From: Bugula neritina
Taxonomy: Eukaryota; Animalia; Bryozoa
Reading direction: 5' to 3'
NCBI GenBank assembly: GCA_964035545.1
Contig: CAXIUT010000167.1
Coordinates: forward strand, 31,711-62,025
Length of the DNA: 30,315 nucleotides
The notes beneath the pieces were generated by a model. The model had not been told where the DNA came from. It saw only the letters and a program-made list of their open reading frames with translations, and made no database searches. The translations under genes were made by a program, and so were the position numbers. Of the stretch, positions 13,995-25,873 are shown piece after piece. Every line of letters begins with the position of its first letter. The stretch's first letter is position 1.

Positions 13995-15918
13995 TCAGGT
14001 GCAATTTGTTCTTCTACAAGAGAATTCTAGTTGTTTTATACAAGATTTTCTTCATTTTTTTCAATCTAGTTTTAATGAAGTAAGGTGTCATAGCAGAGAG
14101 CATGATAATTTTAAGATTAAACTTCTGCTTAAATTGGTTATTACTATTCTTCTATTATCATTTTAGTATTTTGAGATTGTAATTTTTTTATTTTATTTGA
14201 TTTGTTCTAAATTGTTTCATATGTAGTTAATATTTATGTCATTGTTTTACTTCTTCTGAGTGTTTTTTTCTTTCCTTGTTATTTCTAGCAGTGTTTGATA
14301 TGCTTCTTTAAACTTTCTTAGAAAAAAGTACGATGGCAATATTTACATTAGAATAAACTTTCCTTCTTGAATATCTGATATACTTATCGATTATATTCTT
14401 ATAATTAACTATCTGGCCATTTTTAAGCTTAATTGATATTATATTTCTCCTTTATTTTTTATATTTGACTTTCCATTTATTATTTTTTCTCTTTGGTTTG
14501 TCCTCTGCATTGAGGTAGATGAATTTTAAGACTACTTAGTCCAAATTAACGACCACAAAGAGGACACATTAATACTTTTGGCTTTTTAGTTTGTTTTATA
14601 AGTGGAGTCGATGCTTGTCTATTGATTTATATTATATTTTATATAAAATTATCTCCAAATAGATTTTTATTAGATTTTACTTATTTTTTAAATTTTTATA
14701 ATTTTTTGATATCTTTTATTTTTAACTAACAATTTTTAAGATGTTTATTAATTTGATCTTAAAAAAAGGTTCTTTTACAGATATAGCATTAAGTTAATGA
14801 CTTTTTATTATATATTTATGATACTATTCGATTATATTATGATAATTTTTAATAGTTCCATTATTATATCAAACCTAAATCAAATTATTCCTGATACATT
14901 TCATCTAATGTTGGCAATTTTTTACGTTATTCAGGCTTCTTTTTATTTTGTAGTTTTATAAAAAGTTATTAGCATTGAACTTTATGAATAGATATACTAT
15001 TTGTTCCATATTATCGTCCACAAATCAGACAAACTACTATTTTTGGTTTTAATATTTTTGCTATTTTTTATTATTGAAGAGGTTTTCCTTTGTTTAATTT
15101 ACCATTTATAAGTTAACAATTTTTTCTGTGTTTTTAAATTTGTTAGAAAAAGAACTTTCGACCACAATTATCACATTATGCCATTCCATGATTTCTATAA
15201 TTTTATGTAGCTCTAGTATTAAAATCTTATATATCTTATTAATTCCATTAGGCTAATTGTATATTTTTGAGATCATTTTATGAAAAAAGAGGAGCTTTTC
15301 TTCTATTTGATTATTTTTTATGTTTTCTAATTTCTTAATTGTTAAACTTTTTTATACACTAAGGGTAGTGTATTTTAAGACTTTTTGTTCCAAATCTTTG
15401 ACCACATACACAACCTATATCTCATCATGTCTACAAACTAAAGTAGTTGGATTTTTTAATTTATAAGGCTCTATATTGTTCTATTTTTATTCATAAGTAT
15501 TAGGTTTTTTAGAACATCCCTTCATGTGAGACAAAAGACTTTAAGGATTGAAAGTTCTTTGACAATATTTACAAGAAGGTAGAACTTTGTATTTATAGAG
15601 ATAGGTGGAAGTTTAATTAAATCTATTTTAATATTCTATTACTTTTTCAGATCGACTAAATCTAAATCGCCTGAAAGAACTTTATTTATATGCTATGGCG
15701 CTTAAGGTACTTTATACTTATCAATATACATTTGGTTTTATCTTTATTAGGTTTATATTTTTGCTAATTATTGAATCTAATCATACATTCTTTATAATGA
15801 AAAGGAAATCCTTTAGTTCCAAACCTTTATATTCTTATGTATACTCTCTACCGCAAATAAAACAACTGATAGTTCTGACTTGGGTGGGTCTATTACCATC
15901 GATAGAAATCTACTACAT
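13995..15918 (-). CDS. Multi C2HC zinc-finger protein (ZNF474/zf-C2HC_2-like)
   Basis: Repeats CFICGREFGTKGFPFHYKEC, CKYCQRTFNPESLLSHMKGC, CGQRFGTKSLKIHYPEC, CDNCGRKF...HRKNC, CPLCGREFGLSSLKIHLPQC; 20-nt introns such as 15825-15844; could be two genes. Confidence 0.75.
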
Positions 15919-16061
15919 TTCTAACGATTATATAATTATTACTTAATACTATTTTCTACGACGGGTTTTTCTTTATCTTTTTAAATATGATATTCTTATA
16001 GGATTCAATATTGATGAGCTAAATCTTTTTATATTTAATAAAGATTGATATTTGGCGGTCA

Positions 16062-16914
16062 ATGGATCATATTGAAGATGTATAGTTGTAAGTCGAAGGC
16101 AAAGAATAAATATAGGATCTCGAGCTGCAGATGATTGAGGCTTAGGAGTACTAGCAAGAATTAGAAGAGCGATCTCAGAGAATGGTTTAGAAACAGGAAG
16201 AATAGTTGAATCAGATGGTTTAATAAAAATAAAAAACATAACTCAAAGCAGTTAAAAACCCAATATCTCCCTACATGATGTTTGTTGGTAGTTGGAAGAA
16301 GAATCATCCTAATTAAAAATTCAATGTGGCTTTGTTGGGTCCAATGTGGAAAGAGATGAGTTTTGTTGAGAGGCAGACATACTAGACAGAATATAAATAA
16401 AAAAGAAAGCTGTATTATTGTTTGTATATAGGTATGAAGAGTATCAGGCTGCTTATCAGATTTAAAATCCTGGTGTTCAATTGAAATAAACTTCAAAATA
16501 CTTGTTTCCTCTTCATAGAATCAAAGCTATTATGAGACAAGATGATTATTATGCTCCTAAAACAGAAGGAGTTAGTACTATGGAAAAGGCTACTTAACTA
16601 TTTGCTTAAAATATGCTTTAAGAGGTGAAGAGAATGAGTGAGGGAAAGAATAGGATAGATTATAGGTTGCTATATGACTGTATTAGTATTTTACTTGTTA
16701 TTTAGACAATGTAAGATCGTTTTCGTTTTTGGAGCCTTTAATTTAGGAGCATAACAGGTAGAATGGAGATGTTAAAAGCAAAAAAACTAAACCTGAAATT
16801 AGATTATAAGTTGAGTAGGGTGAGAAGAGAGGAGGAGATATGGCTTTGACTTCAGGTAAGAAATAAGTGAGGCAAGTAAAGAAGGCAGTTGAGAATAAGA
16901 CGAGGGTCAGATGA
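16062..16914 (+). CDS. HMG-box plus NF-YC/CHRAC15/DPB3-type histone-fold protein, about 270 aa
   Basis: KNPISPYMMF...LGPMWKEMSFVERQTY (HMG box) and FPLHRIKAIMRQD...KATELFAE...FSFL (histone fold); introns 16412-16431 and 16686-16705; in-frame upstream ATGs at 15987 and 16014. Confidence 0.8.
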
Positions 16915-16997
16915 GTTTGGATTTATTTGTGACGAAGCAAAGATGATACTATCTTATTTAAATTAATATAAATTGAATTTATTATTATAATAAATCA

Positions 16998-17074
16998 GGG
17001 GTTGGGGTTGGGGTTGGGGTTGGGGTTGGGGTTGTGGGTTGGGGTTGGGGTTGGGGTTGGGGTTGGGGTTGGGG
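16998..17074 (+). repeat. Internal telomeric tract 1 (GGGGTT)n, 77 nt
   Basis: 13 G blocks, one interrupted by a T; left flank ...AAATCA. Confidence 0.97.
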
Positions 17075-18288
17075 ATCGTTTTTATTGTTATTTTTAATCT
17101 TGATTATTTCTAAAATATTATAATTAACTTTTATTGAATTATAAATCACAAGATAAATACCTGGGTCATTCAATACTAAGTCCTATTACTTAAGCATGGT
17201 TTGGTAATCGTAGACATCTCTTTCTATAATAAAAATAAATCATTTTTAGTAAATTATATTTTAGTATAGGATTTTAGAATTGTCTCTTTGGAAGAGTTTT
17301 AAATTAGGATTTAGATATAACTTGAAGAATTATATCAGATATCCTAATTTTTTTCTAAATTATAAAATTTATCAGTGATTAGTATAAATATTTTAAAGTG
17401 ATAATAAATTTCTTCACATTTCCTAAACTTAGGAAGACTTTGAATACATACTCAAATAGCTCAAAAGGTAAATATTCTCCAACCTGAACTTTCTTAACCA
17501 TAAGAGTTGTCCTGCTCTTGGCTTTAACTCTAAAAGTTTCAAAATAAGTTCAAATAGATTGATCCCAAAGGACATAAACCAATGAAAGAATGTTGATATA
17601 AACTCACCATCAGCATAATTATTCAAAGGTCACTTCCTTTTTATGAGATTAATTGAAAAAGTTTGCTTGACGAAGGAGATTTCACCCTAAATACTTAATA
17701 GAAATAAGTTTGTTTTGAGAAAAAGAGAAGTAATCCTGGTTCTACTTGCCTTTTATTGACAAAAGAGCATTTGATCTAAGCTTAAAATGGTCAAATTAAA
17801 AAGAGTTGATAACTTATTGAAATGATTTTTTTAGAAAGTAGAGGGCGGTAATAAAAAAAATAAAGTAAAAAACTTTTACAATAAAAATAGAAAATTAATG
17901 TAAAGTAAAAAATAAGCTAGTTAGAAGTAAAACAAGATGTTCAAGCAATCTTTTGACTCTCTTTTACTAAATAGAAGAAGTAATAAAATGATTTATAGGT
18001 GGAATGACTTTTATTGAGAATTTCTTTATTTGTAAACTTATTGTTGTAAAAAACGTAAGAAGAAGGAGAAAATATCTCAAATATGCAGATAATATCGATT
18101 TAACTAAATTTATTGGGAAAAAATAAAAAACAAAGGATATTTATCTTTAAAAATAAGATAAGTGACCTTATTTGAGATCCAAATAGTCAGAAAGTCCAAA
18201 AAAAGAGTTTTCAGAAACAAATTAATTTGAGTTAAATAAAAACAGGTTTATTGGATTAATTGAATTCGATAATATTTTTCAAAATTCA

Positions 18289-18890
18289 ATGCAAAACTAC
18301 ATTTTAAATGCTTCTGATAGAAAAAGAGAAGATGAAAATGCTAATGCTGGATCATGGTCAACTGAAGAGAACCTTAATTACGTTGTGTTTATCGATATTC
18401 ATAAAAAGTCAATGACTTCAAAAAAGAAAATGAGGTACAACCAAATCTATCAAGAGAAATGCAGTTTTATCCAAAGCTTTCAGCGTTTGTCAAGACTCGA
18501 ACCTGCTCTCAGTGTCGCAGTCATCATCAGAAACTCTTCGCTAAGTTCAAATACATCACCAAAATCAGAGATTTTTTCAAGGCACCCTTTGGAGTCTAGC
18601 CTTATAAGCAAAAGTTCAATGAAGGAGTCTTGAAGATGGAAGAAATAAACCGTCGCTGGGAAGCAGGAGAGCCTTTAAATGAGTATTCTGAGCCTTCTTC
18701 TTAAAATAGAGAAGAGTAAGTAGTGCAAAATTAGGAGATAATACCTATGGGGCCAATTCCTCAGTTTGTTCCAATGCCATGCTTTTATCTAGGTTACGGA
18801 GTACCTATGAATGGTTTTGAGGGTGTATACAATTGGTTCCCAGTCGATAATCAAGTGAATACTAGTCTAGGTAGTTTATTCTTGCAATGA
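18289..18890 (+). CDS. Single-repeat Myb/SANT (SHAQKY-like) protein, 193 aa
   Basis: GSWSTEEN...FVKTRTCSQCRSHHQK once the 20-nt intron 18435-18454 is removed; ends at TGA. Confidence 0.85.
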
Positions 18891-19703
18891 ATTGATTTAA
18901 GAATCAATTGTTTGATAATAATTTGTAAATATCAATTATTATATGAATATCAGATTATTCTATAGAATATTTAACTTGACTAAGATATTTATTCTTTTAT
19001 TTTTATATGATAGCAAAGAAATTGTTTGTTATTTTATTGAACTCAGATAAAATACAATAATCAACATAAAAAATATTTGGACTCTTAGCTTTCTAAAGAA
19101 ATTAGATTAATCTTTGATTTTTATGCTATTTTCAATTGGACATATTTTTCTTTATTTATTTATGACAAAAACATGATATTTATATTCTTCTTTCAAGTTT
19201 TTTTGATAAAAATGTTCTTTGCTAAATTCAATCATCACATCTTGATACTTTATATCCATTTTTCATTAGGTTAACATTTTATTGACTTCATTTAACGAAT
19301 AGAGCTATTTACTATTAAATAGTAAATGTACTTTCTTTCGAATATCAATATAAAATGTGCTTAAACTTTTTATTTCAATGGAAAGGATTTATATTAGTAG
19401 CAAAATAGATCATTTTGCACCTTAAATATTGAGAAAGGTCAAGAGTCAGATCCATTGTTTGTCTGATTTCTTTTTTATTTGGAATATTTTTTATCATAAT
19501 ATTCTATTCTTTTTTATTTTTAATAGGAGGTAATCATTGGGATTTGATTTTAAGAGAATCATAAAAATATTAATTTATTTATTTTATTAATTAAAATAAT
19601 ATTTCTTGAAAATTTAATTAGATGTTATTTTTTGAAAAAAGAAAAAGAAAGATAATTCTTAAGACAGTGAAAGAGTATAAAATAAAAATAGATATAAAAG
19701 GGA

Positions 19704-20564
19704 TCATTCTTAAATATCAAGTAAAGAAATAATGTCTTGAAGTAAATCGTCATCAAAGTTTTAATTAATTTATAGCAACATGAGGAGATAAATATCTTTC
19801 AGTCTTAGGAACTAGGAAATTAAGTAACTATTGGGGAAATATTACTTTATCAAATCGATTCCAAGCTTTGCTTGTTATCCTTTATCAGAAGATAATGCCT
19901 TGATTGAGTTGCTAGAAGTGAACTTACTATAATTTATTTTCAACGAATTGTCTAAATATACAAATGCTAGCGTTACAAAACCAGATGGATTTTTATAATT
20001 TTTATTTCTTAATATCCATCCAATCTTTGAGTGATTATTTATTTTGAAAAAAGCTATTTTGTCATAGACTTCTTAGTTCACTATTCTCGATTATATTTTT
20101 TAAGACTACCAATAGATAAAAGGTGTTCCTGAATAAACAAAATCTTCAAGTCGGTAATAAGCTATTTTTATTATTCTTTTAATTTTGCTAAATGTGTAAA
20201 AGCAAGTTAGTTTAGTCTGATTAAAGGTTGCTATAAATGATTTTAAAAACTATTAAGCAGGAAAGGGAAGTTAAATTTCTTGTTCTTTATGATTTTCTAA
20301 ATTAACTAGAACTAATTTGGTATTAAACTTTAAAAGAAGTATTCGATCAGTCAACATTTCTGGAAAAATATTTATTCTTTATTATCCCTTCAATATTTTA
20401 GACCAACACTTGACACCTTCATAGTTAGAATGATATATTTATTCTTGAGAATCATTTTCTTAGTAACTATGAATCATTACATAAGAATTATTAAAGGCTG
20501 GAGAAACTAATTTACAATCTATTGATATCTTAATATTGCTTTTTGCAAGTACAGCTCTTAACAT
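19704..20564 (-). CDS. Hypothetical protein, 286 aa
   Basis: Uninterrupted ATG-to-TGA frame of 287 codons under UAR=Glu; no motif recognised. Confidence 0.6.
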
Positions 20565-20898
20565 AAATATTTATTCTCTTCATTTTATCTTATAGTTTTT
20601 AAATAAGAGTACATTTCTTTAAGATGCTAACAATCACAATAAATAAATATTTAAAACGATTTAAGAGTGATGATTTAATCACTTTAGCTAATAATACCAA
20701 TGAAATTACATTAATTTAAAATTGATTTAAAGATTTAGAGGATAATATTATATATAAATACAAAAATTAATAATATTCTCGATTAAATTTATTTGATTAT
20801 AAAATAATTAAAAAATTGAAAATTAAAAAGATGGTCTATTTTTTAAAACATGATAGCCTTTATAAATTTATCAAATAGAATTTAATATTCTATTAAAT

Positions 20899-21857
20899 AT
20901 GAAATCTTCTTTAAAATAAAAACAAGAGTTTTAATATTTATAAATATTAAAAAAATAGGACCTTTATAACTTCTTAGATATACTATAAATTCTATCTCAA
21001 TATTAAAATTTACCATTATAAGCATTCAATACTCAATTTGTCAAAAATATTTTAGAAAAACAAAAATATAAGTTAAAACATCTAAGATCTTTAAAATTAA
21101 ATAAAAATTTACTTTAATCTTTTGTTTCAAAGATTTTTCCTAAATCTATAGAAGATCATTATTATTTTTTTATAATATCAAGAGTTTCAGGAAAAGTGGC
21201 ATAAAAACTATTGAATATTATGATTTAGCTTTTTCCACAAATTAATACAACCAACCTTATCAATGTTAATTTATAATAGTAATTTTTTAGAATTATCAAA
21301 GCTCATTCAATAAAAATAAAATATTTCTTATTTTTGGGTTGTAATATTGGAAACAGACTTGGATGTTATTTGTCCAGTTTATCACTCTAACGCCTTGAAA
21401 GTATTCACATACATTCTGATCCGATTAGTAATATGGAATAAAGCTATTAATGAAACTTAATTTGCCTAACTTGCTATCAATTTAATTAGAAAATACCAAT
21501 ATGACTAGTGACTGTAGCAAAATATTGAAAAAAAGACCCAACCAGTGCTTATGGGGTCTTAGTTTATATCAAATTAAAGATTTTTATAGCTTAGTGATTA
21601 AATAATTATCACATTTTACTGTTTTAAAAGACAAAAACGAACTCTAACTTACAGTCAAGAATTTAGGATTTAGGTTTTAAAAAGTATTTATCTATGTCAA
21701 CCATTTTGCCAAAGTAAAAATGCTAGGTAAAGATATTAAACGAATTTATTTTACGAGGAAGTATATAGTAAGTGATGACCTTAAAGAAAAATATGCATTT
21801 TTATCGAATAAAGTACTCAGAATATTGAAAAATAAAATCGGTTTTATTAATTACTGA
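20899..21857 (+). CDS. Divergent leucine-rich-repeat-like protein (one 1-nt frameshift near 21436)
   Basis: LGCNIGN...LERLESIHIHSDPISNMGIKLLMKLNLPNLLSIELENTNMT; 959 nt span becomes 320 codons on adding one G. Confidence 0.55.
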
Positions 21858-22224
21858 TTTTTGAATATCTATATCATTATATTGATTTTATAAATAAAAA
21901 ATAAAAAGTCAAAACAATTAATTTTATCCCAAACTCTATCTCTAGTTTGATAAGATAAATAAGCTCAGATATTAAAATTAAAAAAATCAATTCGAATGAA
22001 TGATAGTTCTAGTGTTATGATATAAAATCATATAGCTTTATTTCACAATATATGAATATTTTAATTATCAAAGGAGAAATTTAGTCTCTTTTTGATTAAT
22101 GTTATTTTTAATCTAATTAGTATTATTTATTTGAATTTCTTATTCTATGATATTTAAACAACTTTAAGTAGCAAATTCGTATTTATTTTTGTTTGATTAC
22201 TTGTATTATATTTAGTAAAGTTAA

Positions 22225-23211
22225 ATGACTTCCATCATTTCTTAGTCTCAATTGACTTAATCAATTCTCTTCCATCACAAACCTTATTCTAAAGGTCAGA
22301 TTTTGGACCATAAAACTTGGAGAAACTTCCTTATTTTGGTTTGTTTCATGATGATGCAAACAACAGTAAATGGCATTTGTGAAAGGGTTCCTTTAAGTGG
22401 TTTAAAAAAATGTTAGTTGTGCATTAGTAATGGAACCGTAAAAAGTTGTCGGGTGACTAATAGTGTCTATAGTTAACGAAGATGTCGAAGTGAATGTTGT
22501 TCAAAATAATATAGCTTTGATGTTCCTTCTTCCTGTTCTTCTTCTTTTCCTCTTTCTTCATCTTCCTCTTCGCAAGTGTCAGAATAGACTTCTACTCTTA
22601 GTACGGCCACTATTGTCTTCATTGTATTTATTTCTCTTCCTGTCCTTGTCTGTATTATTGCTATAATTCATTCTTGTGTGACTAATAGAAACAGAGAGAG
22701 AGCTCGGCCTGCAAGAGTAAGAAGAACTGCAGCTACTTCATTAAAATTAAGTGACTTCGACATAGATGATCGCTTTCCTTATCATGTGGATATCAAAGAA
22801 TCTTGTTCTATCTGTTTGGATAATACTTGTACTCTTGTAACAATATGCGGACATGCCTATCATCCTAGTTGTTTTGCTTCTTGGGTGCACAAGAAAGAGA
22901 AGTGTCCTAACTGTATGAATCGTTAATTCAATCCCGTGGCTTTTTACTGTGATCAATGTTTCAGAGCGGTTAAGATGAATATTGTGCATAGGAAAATGAA
23001 GGAAGATGAAGTGAGGAAATGGTTGGAGAGTTCAGCAGTTAAATGCGAGACTTGTAGTCATTAAAAGAATGACGATATTTCAATGAATGATGAAGAGATA
23101 GAGAAGTATCAGGATTGGAAAAGGCCAGAACTACCTGCCAATAGGACTACTAAATCTTTGATTGGATTAATGAATTTGACTGAAAGATAAAACACAAATA
23201 AAGGATCATGA
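22225..23211 (+). CDS. Transmembrane RING-H2 E3 ligase-like protein, 328 aa
   Basis: Cys-rich ectodomain-like part, Ser-rich stalk, TM segment, then CSICLD...CGHAYHPSC...W...CPNC, followed by an extra CDQC...CETC pair. Confidence 0.8.
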
Positions 23212-23231
23212 TTTATCAATATATTGTAGAA

Positions 23232-23870
23232 ATGTTAGTTTTTATGCGACATGCTTAAAGGGGAGACAACTAGTTTCCTCGACAATATTCCTAGATATCT
23301 TTTGACCCACCTATTACAACTGATAGTAAGGAAACTATTCGTAAAACTGTTGATGAGTTGTTAGTTCTTTTCAAAAAACATAAGATAAAGACGGTAAATT
23401 TGGTTTGTTCTAAGTTTTTGAGGTGTTTGATGACAGCTGAAGAGACAATAAGACTAATAGCAGAGGGTGGAATCGAAGTCAATAGCAAATTCAAGATTGA
23501 TAATAAGGTTGGAGAGTATATGCGAGAAGATTGGTTCAAGTAGTATCCACTAAAGAGTTTAATTTATGATGGTGAACATCGTAAAAAGTATATAAAATCA
23601 ACGAGCTGGAATGAGTAACCAATGGAAGGCCGTTTTGCCTTTCCTGAAAACTATGTGATGTTCCATGAGAGGATGAACCATTATAAGTCAAATTTGAAGT
23701 TTCCAGAGGAGGGACATTGTTTATTGGTGGTAACTCATGGTTTTGTGGTGCGAGAGATGTGTTGGAGGATGAATCAGGTGCCCAACATCCTGGCAGAGAT
23801 TCCTTACTGTGGGTATGCTGCTTTTAGTCATGATGGAAGGCAAGATGTGTTGCTAAGAGCGAGACTCTGA
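23232..23870 (+). CDS. Histidine phosphatase (phosphoglycerate mutase superfamily), 212 aa
   Basis: MRHAERGD, DPPIT, CSKFLRCLMTA, LLVVTHG, IPYCG. Confidence 0.85.
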
Positions 23871-23981
23871 TTGTTTGATAACTAGTTTATTGAATATTGA
23901 TGATATAGCTATTGCATTACAGTTGTAGATATTTAATGTTACTTTTTAGAATTTGATATAATCGTATTTTAAGAGTGAATA

Positions 23982-24260
23982 ATGGGAACTATTTGTTACC
24001 AAGGCGATCAAACTCATCGGTAGTATAATCAAGGTTATGGCTATAATCAAGGATATCAACACAATCACTATAACAGAGGACCTGATTATGTAGTTATTGA
24101 TGTGAATCGAGGAGGACACCATGGGCATCACGGGCATCATGGACATCATCATCAAGGAGGACATCATCACGGTCACCATGGGCATCATGGAAATAATAAC
24201 CAAGGGTTTATTGATAATGGAGGGCATCACGGAGGACATCATGGGCATCATCATCATTGA
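23982..24260 (+). CDS. Small His/Gly-rich protein, 92 aa
   Basis: MGTIC start, NQGY repeats, GHH repeats, TGA end; missed by the track because of one in-frame TAG. Confidence 0.8.
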
Positions 24261-24340
24261 TGTTTGTTATTGTTATTTGAGTAGATTATTGACCTTAATT
24301 GCAATACATTGAGATGATAAGATAATAGGTATAATAGGTA

Positions 24341-24439
24341 GGGGTTGGGGTTGGGGTTGGGGTTGGGGTTGGGGTTGGGGTTGGGGTTGGGGTTGGGGTT
24401 GGGGTTGGGGTTGGGGTTGGGGTTGGGGTTGGGGTTGGG
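24341..24439 (+). repeat. Internal telomeric tract 2 (GGGGTT)16GGG, 99 nt
   Basis: Perfect array; right flank TCATGATGA. Confidence 0.97.
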
Positions 24440-25819
24440 TCATGATGATATTTTAAAGTTTTCCTCCATCTTCGAAATTCATCAATACTTTTTGGTTATC
24501 AGATTTTAATACATTTTATATTTGTTATAATTATTTCTTTTTAGATTCCCTTAACTATTTTCTTTGAGAGATAGTTTTTCTTTTTTCTTCTTTTCTCATT
24601 ATTTCTACTTCTTTTTCCAATTTCTTTGCATTTTAATTAAACATTTCTGATTTAACTCTATTTTGATGTTAGGCTGCTTCTATTTCTTGAGCCAATCTTT
24701 CTTGCATGTACTTTTTAGTCTATCTCTATATTCTATTATGGTAGCAATATCGATCAACTTCTTGCTTTCTTATCAACTATGATCTTTATTAATAAATATA
24801 TACATCTTTCTGAGATAGGTGGCTTTTTGGTCTCTAAACTGACAGGCGAATGATTGAAAGAAGGTATCGATTTTATCAAAATCTTATCTAGGCAGTTATT
24901 ATTTGATGGGTTTGACTGCGTTGGTGGACTTGAGAGTAAGATGTGATTATCTATTTTTTCTAGCTTTGTTATGTTTGATATAACTTTTCAAGTACATTTT
25001 ATACTACTATTTTGCTGCTTATATATTTTACATCTTATTTTTACGATTATCTCGTACTCCAGCTTATAGCATTCTTGTTTTTTATTTCATTATGGTGTTT
25101 ACGATAGACTAATGCAAATTTTATCTCTATTTCTTTTTGTTTCTTTCTTTTCTTGTATTTTTTTGCTTGTTTTGCTTCTTTGGGGAAGAGTTTCTAGGTA
25201 TTAAATACTAGTTGTCATTTGTAAATTGAACATGTGGCTTTTATTATTCATTTTATCCATTATGTTACCTTTACATCTCATACTATTAATCTTTTTTATC
25301 TTTTTTAGGATGGATAGCTGGTCTATTTTTAGATCTTTAATGACTAGGTGGTCTTTCCTTTATATTTTTAGATTAAGCTGGTCCTCTTGCACTACTAATC
25401 ACTGGTCTATTATCTTAAACCCCTTCAGAATTATCTTCACTTCTCACGATAGTTGGCCTATCCAATGCTTACTTTATTATTTTACTATACTCATGCAATA
25501 CAACAACCAACCTCTGAATATGTCCAAGATTATATCGAACTATCTCAGATCCATCGACTTTAGATAGATCGATTCTGAGTACTTCTGATAGCAGTTGTAG
25601 TAATAAGTTAAGTTTGTCTTCTGGAGAGGCATCTATTGAGTTGATATCTGTGAATTAGTCTTTTAGTTCTGGGAAGATATATTGGCAGAGTCGGAGATAG
25701 GTTTTGTGATCGACTAGGCAGCCTTAGTTATGGAAGTATTCAACTGGATATTAGATGTTTTGGGCTATCTATTCTAACAGATATAGTAGTTGAGAGATGA
25801 GACTGTTTTGGTGTTTCAT
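24440..25819 (-). CDS. CEP95-like coiled-coil protein
   Basis: LLSEVLRIDLSKVDGSEIVRYNLGHIQRLV resembles the CEP95 N-terminal domain; E/K/R-rich C-terminus; 3' end abuts tract 2. Confidence 0.55.
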
Positions 25820-25873
25820 TGGTAACAAATTATTATATTTTAACGCTATTTTTATTATTAATCAACATATCTA

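Noticed and set aside
16985-17173. PQ/PT-repeat protein in the ORF track
   Set aside because: The repeat is the translation of telomeric tract 1, with a frame slip at its one imperfect unit.
23946-24312. Track ORFs 23946-24257(-) Met-rich and 24121-24312(+)
   Set aside because: Shadow frames of the GHH-repeat gene.
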